This document shows positions 1-11,545 of a stretch of DNA of 64,000 nt, in pieces. The stretch is taken from the NCBI GenBank assembly GCA_043228905.1, contig JBHGNT010000001.1, positions 3,348,001 through 3,412,000 on the forward strand, written 5' to 3'. Every line of letters begins with the position of its first letter. Positions within the stretch are counted from its first letter, which is position 1. This stretch comes from Azolla caroliniana (Eukaryota > Plantae > Polypodiophyta). The position numbers and the translations under genes were made by a program. The notes under the pieces were generated by a model. That model did no database searches. It worked only from the letters and a program-made list of their open reading frames with translations, and was not told the DNA's origin.

Positions 1-2535
1 TGTCACTTTGCTTTTGTGTAAATTATGCCACATGCTTAATTATGGATACAAGACTACATAAATTGACAAAGATAGCACATAAGTATTCAATTATGTTCAA
101 ATCAGATATTGCCACTTGCGAAATCTTCAAACATAATATAACCATTGCTTAAAAACGAAATTATTGCCTTAGCCATGTAAAAAAGTATATTCTAATAAAA
201 AGCATAGTGAGAACACATTATTAGAAGTGTTTTAAGTTTTCGTGCTTTTTCAATGATGGGATAAAACCTAATTTGTTATGTAACCTTCTCATGACATGGT
301 AGGTTTACACTAATTTTCAAATCAAGAAGCGAATGATAAGTCCTAGACTTGTCATTCACTCGCATGCACTGTTTGTTTTGATGAACTTGATATCTATTTC
401 AAAGCCTTATCTTTCAACAGTAACTCTCTTAAAACACTTCCTTCATATTGGACAACTGTAGACTTATTCACAAAAACATTTCAACGTGTATTGCATGTAT
501 CACACCTATTAAATGTGAAACAGTCACCAATTTTAAACACTAAAGATTTGCAAGCTGAACCTACACATCCATTTCCCACTTCGAAATACAACTTTGATGT
601 TCAAAACATTTGAACTGCACACCTTGGAACTACAAAACCTTATATCATGGTTTTTTCCACATACCACAAGTTGTAGAATGTAATAGGTTGCCTATCAAAT
701 CCAAATTTTGGCACATTAGCTTAAGCAATCCAGTAAATGCAAAGGCATTCATTCCAATAATTGTAAAGCCCTTCATTTTTACCCTATTTAGATTTTTTTG
801 CTTCTCACAAGCAAACATGGAAGGATTGTAATCATTGTAAAAGCCACAACTCCCAAAAACTCAATATCATTCTTTGATAACACCGCTTCAATGAATCATC
901 TGCTAGGATGCAATAGATTGATATACAAGTTCTCATTGTCTAATCATGTGTTTTTAGGCATGTCATAATAAATAGTTGTTTTTAAATATTAACCTCCAAA
1001 GTCAAGATACTCAATAACCCATGTTCAATTCTTTTGCCATGAGTTGATTGATACACTAACAAGACAGATGAAGTTTTATTGGAGTACCGCAAAAAATGTG
1101 AAATAAGAAAAGTAAATATAATCATGCTACATTAAGAAGAAAAACTACGGGAAAAGTTCACAAAAAAAACATTAGAAGCAATTTTTCATGCTTACAAAAG
1201 ATGATACAAACACATAAAGAATAAACACATATTGGGCGTCCATGCTCAGACTTTCGTAGGTACACTTCCAATGAGCAGATACATATATTTAAGATTTCTA
1301 CCACAAAAATGAAAGAGAAAAAGAACAATTTCCAGTATAGCTAACAACAAGCATGGAGCAAATTAAATAGAACACATTCAACTTAACAGACATAAGAAAT
1401 GCATCTCTCTTGCAGATCATACTTCAAAATGTAAAGGCAGTTGTGAGATGGATCTTACTCCAAAAGTGGAATATAGCAAATCCAATAAGTAAAGCTGACA
1501 TGCATTCCGATGATTTCCGTGCATAAGATTGAACACAAGACAACGAAACAACTTCTTACATTTGTTGGCTTATATATCTCTTCTATCTCATTTATGATAT
1601 CATTGCAAACAAACACACTAACAACAGATGAAATAGAACAGATATACCAGCCCACAAACATATGAATTGCACTTTTCATATCACACGGTATATAATCATG
1701 CTCCTGAAGACAGAATGCACATTCATACCATGGATCTCACTCTATACGTAATATGGTAATTCAGAATAAAAAATGTGAATATGCATACTGGCATGCTTTC
1801 CATCAGACCCAGCAAAAAAATGAGGGAAATAAAGCATGAAAATTCTTGTTATCATCCAGGACAAGCACGAATGGAGCAGAATACAATGCCACAAATAGCA
1901 TGTCTGACATGACATACACTTGAACTTCTGAGGTGGGTATACATACTCATAAGATGGATCTCACTCCATAAGTCAGCTAATAAAAAATACTCAAGAGAAA
2001 AAGCCAATCGTCATGAATGTTGGTTCCAATAATATACTGCCCTAAAACTTTGAAACAAAGATACGCATCCTACTTATATCATCAAATCTGGAGACCACAT
2101 CTAGTTTTAAAGGATCAAAAGTTTAATCTGCACTTCTATATCTTGATTTTTTCTTAAGGTAAAAGGTAGAGCTCACCTGTCAACAACCTTTAGACCTCCA
2201 ACAAAATTTGAACTTTGCACGTCTTGCTGGTTTTAGACTTTGTTTCCAGTAGCATTCCCAGGTACAAACTCTTAGGACATCTTCTGGACAACCTCATACT
2301 AGCTGATATTGATTGGCATACATAGCAATGCTTCAGTTGCTGCTACAAACTGAAAACCAAACTCTTGGCAATGCACCTTTATGGCTAAGCAAACACAAGC
2401 TCCAAACCAAAGCTACTCGGTTATGCTGAAAAAATGAGGTCTTGAAGAAAGCGTAAAAGCCAAGTGAGTAAGGAAAGAAAAACATTCCAGAAAGCAAAAG
2501 TTACAAGAGTTTCATGGGCTCCTCTTCTCTCATAC

Positions 2536-5126
2536 CTACGCTGTATTATAACTACTGACATAGCCTGTCTGCTGGGTGGTGTAACCGGTAGCCCCGTAAT
2601 AAGTACTCACATCCCCAGTTTTAGGCTCAGTCTGGTTCTGGTAGTTTGTCGGAGTTCCATCTGGAGCATAGGATAAAGTCTGGTTTACACCTTGATAAGT
2701 GGGAGCACTCCCATAGTACTGAACACTTTGTTGCTGCTGAGATGGATCTGGGGTATAATGGGCTACATTAGTCTCGTTTTGTGCATATCCACTATCACTC
2801 GAATAATTTCCCATCCATTGAGCTGTTGGGTTAGGCTGCCCGTAGCCTTGAGCGGGGGCAGCAGTAGGGTTAGGCTGAGGATAGCTTTGATTGGGCTGAG
2901 CTGCTGCAGTAGGCTGAACATAGCTCTGAACCGGAGCTGCTAAATTAGGTTGAACATAGCTTTGCGGTTGAGCAGTTGCTACATTAGGTTGAACGTAACT
3001 TTGGTTGGGAACCACTACAGATGGAATAGGTCCTGTGGAGCCCATACCACTCCATTTATTCTCTTGATTCCAATAGTTGTAGTTTGTAGAATATCCATTT
3101 GTATTTCCTTGAGAGGTTCCATATGGGTTCGCAACCCCTCCAGCTCCTGGATAAGCATTTACATTTGTGGAAGACATAGGAAGGCCACCTGTGTTTGCAT
3201 AGTTTACTTGGCCTCCCCCATATGGATCAGTCTGACTCATCATGCCTGGTTCAGAATACATAGTTGGTGGTGCCATGTTGTTCGCAGCATAATTAGGACC
3301 TCCTGAGTACGGGCGTAATTCTGAAAATGAAAAACAAAAATCTCATTAATAAAAAATTAGGACCTCCTGAGTATGGGCATAATTCTGAAAGTGAAAATGA
3401 AAATCTCATTAATAAAAAAAACAATGTAAATAAATCATAAGAGAACGACAAGTAATTGCAACATAGGCACAACAAATACACAATCAAAGTTAAGACTCCA
3501 CTAACTGCCTGGCTCTCTGGGCAGTGGTAAGCATCTTGATAACTTATATATGCAGCAATTTCAGAATAAGTTTAGATCAAGTTCATGTTAGCATCAAATG
3601 GTGAAGAAATATGTTAAAGAAGAGGTGAAGGTACTCATGTGAGAGTTTGTAAGTGGAAGACAGGATAATGGAAAAGAAAGAATTGAAACTTTAATTTTCA
3701 GACATTGAATATGCCCAATGGTTGCTCAAAAACCACGTACTTTCAGATCCTCTTCATGTAAACATAATTTACAGGACAAGCAGCAACTTTAAATTAAAAG
3801 CAATAAAAAAATTGAGCTTTACAGGGAAGACCCTTTGAAACATATGTGACAAGATTGTGCCACATTTGATTTTTCTTCAATTTCAAGTGCATTGGGGGTT
3901 CATTCTTGTATTATTTACATTACATTACATTAGACTATAATTGAATATTTACTTCTGTACGAAGTGGGCATTAATAACTCTGCAAACTCATGTGCACTTA
4001 ACTTCATGCTATGTTAGTACATTTATTGTAACTAGATTTTCAGATTCATTTGTTGTAACTAGATTTATTGTAACTTCATTTATTTCAATTATTGTACATT
4101 TTCAGATTCATATTTGATATGCCAAATAAAGGATTTTAAACAAAACCAAGAATGTTGTTTGGCTTTCTTGACATAAGACGGATTGGAAATGTACCCCATA
4201 CAACAATGATTTCATCACAGGATCAAATAAAGGATCCTCGAAAGCAATAAGAACATACCTCCTTGACTACCTAGGTAAGAGTAGCAGTCTTAAAAGAAAT
4301 TACCTGTTTGACCATGTGCAAAATGGCATTTTTCTCCATAGCTGCAAATTTCCCCCTTCTCCCACCGGGCACAAATACGAGTCTTATAGTTTGGCCTTGA
4401 AGAAACACCATAGCTGGCAACACCAACAGAGGATCTCTCCACAACTTGATCACCATCATATCTTTGAGATTCCTCACCACCATGGGAGAACGTGCACCGT
4501 TCACCATAAGGACAATTTCCTTCAAAAAAGTACCTACAAGGTTTGCTACTCCTTCTAGGAGCTTCTGCTACAACTTTTCCTGAACTTAGATTAGACTTAG
4601 CTAACTCCTCCCATCCTGGTGGAGGTTTTCGTAGATCCTCGATCCCATGAGCAAAATGGCAGCGATCACTGAAGGTACAAGTTCCGAGCTTGAATTTCGT
4701 ACAGAGTTTTGTCTTGTAAAACAAAGCACCAGTTCCTGAACCTTTAGCAGAACCAGGAGCAAAACCTCCTCCTACTCCTAATCCTGTTCTTCCTCCTCCT
4801 TCTCCTGAACTAAAGCTCTGATTCTGTGAAACAGATCCATATCCATATCCATCACCGAAACCTCCATATCCTGCGTTAGATTGACCGTTCAAACTATCAC
4901 CTCCTTCCGTACCTTGTCCTCCATTGATAACCTTGGTTTCTGCAGGTGGTATATTACCGTAGCCAGAAGAAGCTTCTGCGGAGAGGAAGCCTGTAGAATC
5001 GGGCTTTGGCTTCTTGTATACAGATTCAGAGAGCGAAGAAGCGGGCCTTTTACGGGGCTCTTCTTCGTCTGCCCCTACAGTGCCATCGCTCCACCGCGAG
5101 GGTTTAGGATTTGCGGAGGAATCCAT
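2536..5126 (-). CDS. CCCH zinc-finger RNA-binding protein (three CCCH fingers, C-terminal Q/Y/G/P/N-rich low-complexity domain); two coding exons, ~535 aa
   Basis: Exon 1 5126-4304 has fingers CTKFKLGTCTFSDRCHFAH, CRYFFEGNCPYGERCTFSH and CARWEKGEICSYGEKCHFAH. Donor CAG|GTAATT follows 4304 and acceptor TTTTCAG precedes 3320. The join reads HGQT-E-LRPYSGGPN in frame with ORF 3276-2536; total 1608 nt. Confidence 0.9.
3291..3420. repeat. 64-bp tandem duplication spanning the intron 3' splice site of the CCCH gene
   Basis: aattaggacctcctgagta(c/t)gggc(g/a)taattctgaaa...tctcattaataaaaa occurs twice, 64 bp apart. Confidence 0.9.
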
Positions 5127-5239
5127 GGCCGTATCCTGTGTCTATCTCTCTGTGTATCAGTCAGTGTCTGTGGCAGCAGAGTTTTAACACAGGTAAGAAG
5201 GAGAAGAGGCCTCTGTTCCTATAATAATTACATAAGACA

Positions 5240-5312
5240 ACATACAAATACATATACATATTCATACATACATACATACATACATACATACATACAATAC
5301 ATACAATACATA
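5240..5312. repeat. (TACA)n microsatellite upstream of the CCCH start codon
   Basis: catacatacatacata... run. Confidence 0.85.
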
Positions 5313-5689
5313 TATAGGGTGTGGGGTGTGTGTTTCTGGTACATATATCCTCTGGTTTTGAGTTCAAATCTCACTTTCTTCACTTCGGCATATGGCTATA
5401 ATATAAGCCCACCACGTTTGTCTCTCTTCTCTCCGGACCGCACACACGCATCATCGGACATATAGGTCATTCCCACGGAAACATTGTAAAAAAAAAAAAG
5501 CAGTCAAAAAGCAAACTTCTTTTCCTATATGTACTTCGTTTCGAACTAGGGGTAGACACGAGTTCCTCTCATCTTAGTCTTTTTAAATACTCTTTTCCCG
5601 CCCTTCGTACATCAGCCTTTCAGTTCTTCTCCCCAATGTGATTGGGTAGGCGCGGGCGGGCAATGTAACGTCCCACGAGTATTTGACAT

Positions 5690-6600
5690 TCCCAATCAAT
5701 GATACAACCCATGGATATGCTTGAGTCCACCACTTCACTCGCCATTTGGCGATGCCCATATCTACATTCAGATATATCTGCTCTATTTCTCTTCTTTCTT
5801 TGGCTCCAAATTTTGCTCCTGTTCATGCTCTGCTCATGCTTGTGCTCTTGTCCCAGTTCCGACTTTGGCTCCAAATTCTCCTTTTGCTCCCACTCTAGTA
5901 TTTTTGTTCATCTCCCTCCCCTAGGCTCTTGTCCTAGTTCATGATTTAGCTTTGATTTCTACTTAGCCTATTTGGACCAATGCGCTCAATACTTGAGAAT
6001 CATACAAGAAAAATATCCAAGTTCATGCTCCTCAAGTGGCTCCATTTCTAGAGGTTGCTCAACCCACCCTATTGTATATATGATCCCATCACATCCACCC
6101 CTCTCAAAAATCCATTACATTCACCTCACTCCTCATAAAACATGCCAATTCTAACGATGTCTTCGAACTGAGGAATGTGGATCGTTTGACCAAGCATTAG
6201 CCTTATGATGGCTCTATTGATATGGAGGGGGTACTTCACTCCCATTTGCACTAATTTATGAGCATTCTAAGCTTGAGATCATGGCCCTCAAAACTTACAT
6301 TGGTGAGACCATAAAAAAGGCTTCATCCACCATTCCAAGTCTCCCATTAGGTGCATGTGTATTGTTCATCAAGAAACCATTGACTAAGTCATTTATCTAT
6401 CAAGAGTTTCTATTCTTTACCAATGATCCATGGGCTTCTTGACCACCTCCGAACCACGAGAGTCTTCTCCAAATTTGATTGTTGTAGAACCTATACCTTA
6501 GTCCAAATGGAAGACGATGATCCACACCCACTTATGTGGACATTTTGAATATATATGTCCTTTAGCCTTACAAATGTACCACCTAAATTTCAATAAGTGA
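5690..6600 (+). pseudogene. Degenerate Ty3/gypsy chromovirus (Tcn1/Tf-like) pol fragment (protease-RT linker and RT)
   Basis: Frameshifted translations DVFELRNVDRLTKH*PYDGSIDMEGG, ALIYEHSKLEIMALKTYIGE, GFIHHSKSPLGACVLFIKK, PMIHGLLDHLRTTRVFSKFD, GHFEY..FSLTNVPPKFQ match canonical chromovirus RT motifs. Confidence 0.75.
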
Positions 6601-7107
6601 CAAATGACTTTTTTTTGTCTCGTGAAACTGTGCATACATCTTTGACATTATGACAAAACCATAGAGGTTCTAAACTAGGACAAATTGTCTAGTGTGTGAT
6701 AGTTCAACATCATTCCTCGCCTCTCTCAACTGTAAGCTCCCTCGATCTCTTCTCACCACTAACTCATAATTTATGACATACTACAATTATCATTAATCAA
6801 CGTATAGTCTAATCTCTATAAAAAGATAAAGCGACTTGGAAATGTCAACTGAGATCGCCAATATTTAGTTTTCCATGAAATCTACTAAAGTAGATCATAT
6901 AATGTTCATGGCTTGAGATAAAGCACTCAACGGGCTAGGGTAGCCCCAAAGCTTGACCAATTCCAAGGTAACTCCTAGTGACGTCTTTATCTCACACTCC
7001 CTTAATTATATTGGTCTACCCAAGTATATACTAACACAAATGAGTTAACAATTCTCCATTAAATGGTTAAAAAGTTCCTATTTTGGGTAGATGCCTATCA
7101 AACAAAA

Positions 7108-7622
7108 TGTTGGGAAAACCGGTCCCTCAAGAAGGGAAGAGCACGAAGTGTATTAGTGGACCTCAACTCGGCCGAAGCCGAAAAATCGACTAATCAAAAA
7201 TCGGATAATAATTTATTTCCGCCAATAGCCGAATCAACTGAATCCGATTGGGCTATATTTGTAAATAGCCCAACTTGTATATGAGTATAAATATATTTAG
7301 GGCAAGTAGTTAAAGATGTTGTTGATCATTATATTTGTAGTAGTTGGAGAAGGTAGTTGTCTCTATAACTAGAGTGAGAGAGAGAGTGAAGGAATGGGTA
7401 ACTTTGTAGCCATCAGTCGATGAAGAAGAGGTCAAGGTCGCTGCCTTGAATCCTCTTGTTGTACTCCTCCCCTTATAGTGATTCAGTTCGGAGTTTGTGG
7501 ACTCCACGTGGTTTTTCCCATTCGGGTTTTCCATGTTAAATATCTTGTGTCCAACTTTTCATTTTCTGTTCTCTCTCCTTTTGTACTTGAACCTCAGTTG
7601 TGGCCGAGACCCATTTTTAACA
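7108..7622 (+). mobile_element. Solo LTR (515 bp), related to the copia A/B LTRs
   Basis: TGTTGGGA...TTAACA termini; 5-bp TSD CAAAA (7103-7107 and 7623-7627); shares gtataaat..ttagggcaa, gtggtttttccc..ggttttcca and gttgtggccgag with the reverse complement of the A/B LTRs. Confidence 0.85.
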
Positions 7623-8354
7623 CAAAACATGTAGGAAGAATTCTACACTTTCAACATTGAAACCTACAACATCCATGCTAATATCTAAGGATGTTTTAAC
7701 ACACTAATCTAACATATGTGTCTATGATATGAAAGGCTTCTCATTCTATCACTTTAACCTATCTAAGGCCTAAGACTTTGGCCAGTTTCTCCTTGTGACT
7801 TGATAATGTCACAACATCCACCCCACCAAACTCGCACATCATAAGGTATGTGCCAAAGTGTGTCATGACAATGTATTGGCTAGTTAATAATCGTCACCCT
7901 CTTTGTCATATGACTTTTCTTGCTTGTCTTTTTATATTTATTTTTATTTTCCATACTTAAATATATCGATGTATTTTTACTTCTGTAGATAGGATACAAA
8001 CCATTATTCAATTTATTAGGTCCACCATTTCCACTTCTTTCACTTGATCCACCTAGTCTCAATTATCTAACATACATGTGCAAACCACCCAATCTACCAA
8101 GTTCTCCTCATAAATTCAACATTCATCAATTTTCCTTTCTGTGAATTATGTTTGTCAAGGTCATAGCTGACAACAAGATAGAATGATATAAGGGAATAAG
8201 AAAATGTGACGGAAATAAAATGAAATGTGATTATATTAACAAGAATAGTAGAATTACAAGAAGATGTTGAAGACTAGTATTGAACCGAACTTATTGTTCA
8301 TCAATGAGAAAACACTTTGTTATATAACATTGTTGGAGCCATGAAAGCTGAAAT

Positions 8355-8580
8355 TTTTAAACAAAACTACACCATAGTTTCCATTAAAAATCCAATAAGC
8401 GTATACAAAGCATATAAGGATACAATCTAGTGGAGGGTAAGATATGAGAGAAAAGGTATATCCCCCACTATGTCATAATTGAAACCAAACTCCACCTATG
8501 TAGGAAACACCCATGCAAGCTGAATTTTCATTCCACCTATCATCATTTGGCATTCGGTTGAGCATGACATTTGGTGTTCA
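8355..8580 (-). mobile_element. Dispersed repeat, probable L1 3' end fragment (second copy at ~22595-22750)
   Basis: aaaactacaccatagtttccatta..aatcca...gtaagatat..cccc..tatgtcataattga is shared with 22615-22750, where it abuts a T-rich tail and lies near an L1 RT remnant. Confidence 0.55.
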
Positions 8581-10481
8581 TGCATTAGCCTATATAATGA
8601 GGGGCAATAATGCCCTAGCATCCATTAGAGGGACTTGTGTTGGCTTTCTTTGCCAACATGAGGTCTAGTCTTGATATTTATAATAGTTTGTTAGGGGCAC
8701 ATAGCTTCGTTCAAGTCCATTCATTTCAACACTTCTTCATGGGCACAACTAGTTGGTTGTCCTAGACAAAGTGATGGTGATAATCCATTACTTTCACTGC
8801 GCTTCTTGGTATGAAGATCTGTTGTTCTTATGGAATTCTCTAGTTACTTACGTTAGAGTAGGTAAGAACCCAAAATTGTGCAATTTGTTTCTCCCATCTT
8901 TGTTGCTTGTTAAGGTAGAGCCATTTGTTGCAAGGGATGAATGGTCTGACGGTTAGAGTTGTTTACTATATTGTTATGAGTGAGTTGTCTGGTGGCAAGG
9001 AAGCGTGTTCCTTGAATTTGGTGGTGACATATATAATGTAAAACGATAATTTATTGATTAAAGATTAGACATATATAATAAGGTTAATGGGTTCAATTCT
9101 CTTCAAATTATCTCATCATTCTATTGTTTTCCCTACTTCGTGTGGTCCCCCATCACTCTTTGTGTTGTCTTGAAGTCCCCAAAGTTCTTTCTCTCCATTT
9201 TGGATTTGTTTATTCTTTCTTTGCCCCTCAACCTCATCATTGGTTTCTTTCTTTTCATATTTGTTCTCAGACACCCTTTTGTCTTCTAGAAGCACTTTGC
9301 AACTTGGGTTCAATGCTTGCATGATATTCTTGTGACATATATTGAAACATCCCAAATCATTGTTAGAGTTCGAGTTTCAAACTAGGCCAATTGTATGTTG
9401 TCAAACTCAATCTTTCTTTTGTTTACATCAAACTTCTTCTTGTGTTTCATCCTCAACCATTTCATCTATGAGAACTAAGAGAAATTGGCACAAAACTTTT
9501 GCAATGTGTGTTTGGGCATTAACTGAATAGTCCCAATTCTCCATTCTTCTCCCTTGTTTGCTTCCTTTGCTCTTTTCTTCTCAAGGCTCTTCATGGATTA
9601 GGGATGAACCTTCCATTATGCCCATAGAGACATCAACCAAACCATCCCAAACTGTTGAGATTCCAATCTTCGAGTTTGTCAATGATTGTTACTCAATTTA
9701 GATTTCTCCTATACCCTCATTTTTCTTTGCTTCTTGCCTTCCTTATCTATTTCTTTTACTCTTCCGATGGCCTTAGCAAATGTTAGCTTTGTCTTGTTCA
9801 TTTTTCCCACTTTTCTTCATTTTCTTCATTTTCTTCATCACTTTTTCATTATCTTGGCTATCTTCTGTTGTTGGGTGGGGGTTGGAATCGTTCTGCTCCA
9901 CCCCCCTCTCAAGTTGGGGTTGAGCATGAGGAAGAGAGAGGGAGAGGGAAATAGAAACAGAGAGTGAGAGAAAGAGAGAGACACAAATTGGAGGGAAACT
10001 TCTTCAATTGCTTTTCATGCCCCATGGGTGGGGTTTATATATGTACAAGAGGTAATTGTTACAAATCAAGAGCATGAGGGTAGCTCCATAACCTTCTCCC
10101 CATTTACACACACTTCCTCATATGTGTACACATGCACACAAATGTGCATGTGCTCACATAGTCATGTCCATCCTGACATTCACACTCGTATACCTTACGT
10201 ATACACAACAACACAACTATAGTTCTCGCCCTCCCCGTACATCTCATACGGGTAACATCTTCTTTATATTGTCCCTTTGTTAAGTACATGTTGTATGTTT
10301 CACTACCCAACAAGATATCAATATTGGTACCAAGGATGCAGGTCTAAATCATAGTTCTAGCCATACTTCCCATTCGTGCCATACTCATATGTCAATATTC
10401 ATATCATACTCATACGTGAAAAGGCTCCAAGTAAGATGGTAATCCATACGCGATACATAGATATATGCATACAGTGTACAT

Positions 10482-10539
<58 letters not shown>
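10482..10539. repeat. Compound (TG)n(AG)n microsatellite
   Basis: Seen directly. Confidence 0.95.
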
Positions 10540-10540
<1 letters not shown>

Positions 10541-11002
10541 CTTCTTCTTCTTCCTCTTCTGTTGTTACTACTGTTGCGTTTTTGTGATTGAATTACTATT
10601 GGCCATGGCAGAAGTTCCTCCTCCTCCTCTTCCACACCCCCCCAACCCCAACCCCAACCCCAACCTCAGACTCAACCTCTCTTAATCCATCTAAGCCAAC
10701 CACTGCATGAGAGCACCCCATGGGATCGTGTTATGGATGTTTTTAGAGTTGCCATATCCCGGCCAATTCCTCCCAAGACCATTGCCCTCTCCATTATCCA
10801 AGATGTTATGAAACCTCAAAAACAAACTATTCTTCACCAAGATGGGAATCAACTTTTGGAAAATGGTCTTAAAACCCTGTTTCGCGCTCCTCAGAATTAT
10901 GTTGAACACTCCTCGCTGCTCAGATTTCAGTTCGTGACTATTATCAGAAAAAAAATGAGCCAAAAAAAACCCAAAAGGAAAAAAAATAAAAATCCAAACG
11001 AA

Positions 11003-11545
11003 TGTCGCGTTGTCGTGGAGGATTCCGGCAAAGGGAAGAAAAGCTCGTCAACAACGTGTGCTCGGATGCACGCAAAGGGAGTCCTTTGTATAAAAACATG
11101 TAAATAAAGAGAGTATTAAATAAGTACAATACAACATAGTAATTAGTTACCTTTTGTGATCCCACGAAACGAAGGGAATAATAGGATATGATGGTAGGGA
11201 ATCGAGGGAATCTCTTACAAAAGTGGTTGCCATTACTTCGCATGTAACAACATCTCCTTGTGCTATAAAAGGGGAGGATCGAAACGGTGTTGGGAGGATC
11301 CTCGTTTTGGAAGGGAAGACATTGTCAGTTTGAGCTCTTGAGCGTCTGTTTCGTGTTCTATGTTTCCAGCTTTCTGCTCTACTCATTCGGTTAGGGAAGA
11401 GTAGGTCTCTGCTTGCAAAGGAAGCCCATGCGCTTCCGACTACAGAGTCACCTGTGTCTGTGTGAGCGGAGTTTGAAGTTTTGTCACTAGCCGAGTCCAG
11501 TTGTATTCTTTCTCTGTCTAATCTAATATTACTGGTATTGTTGTA
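11003..11545 (+). mobile_element. Truncated LTR related to the element F LTR (58352-59016)
   Basis: Starts TGTCGCGTTGTCGTGG (F LTR starts TGTCGTG and ends ACAACGCGACA); shares ctataaaag, gagctctt and ctctgctt..ccc(a/g)tgcgcttc motifs; cut off where it joins the L1 ORF2. Confidence 0.55.

Noticed and set aside
1-2500. Short ORFs 610-831 and 1455-1679
   Set aside because: No recognisable domains; AT-rich downstream or UTR region of the CCCH gene
8600-10460. Possible decayed hAT DNA transposon (CATAGTT-like ends; similar motifs near 17270, 30990 and 38027)
   Set aside because: No convincing transposase motifs, paired TIRs or 8-bp TSD could be established by eye
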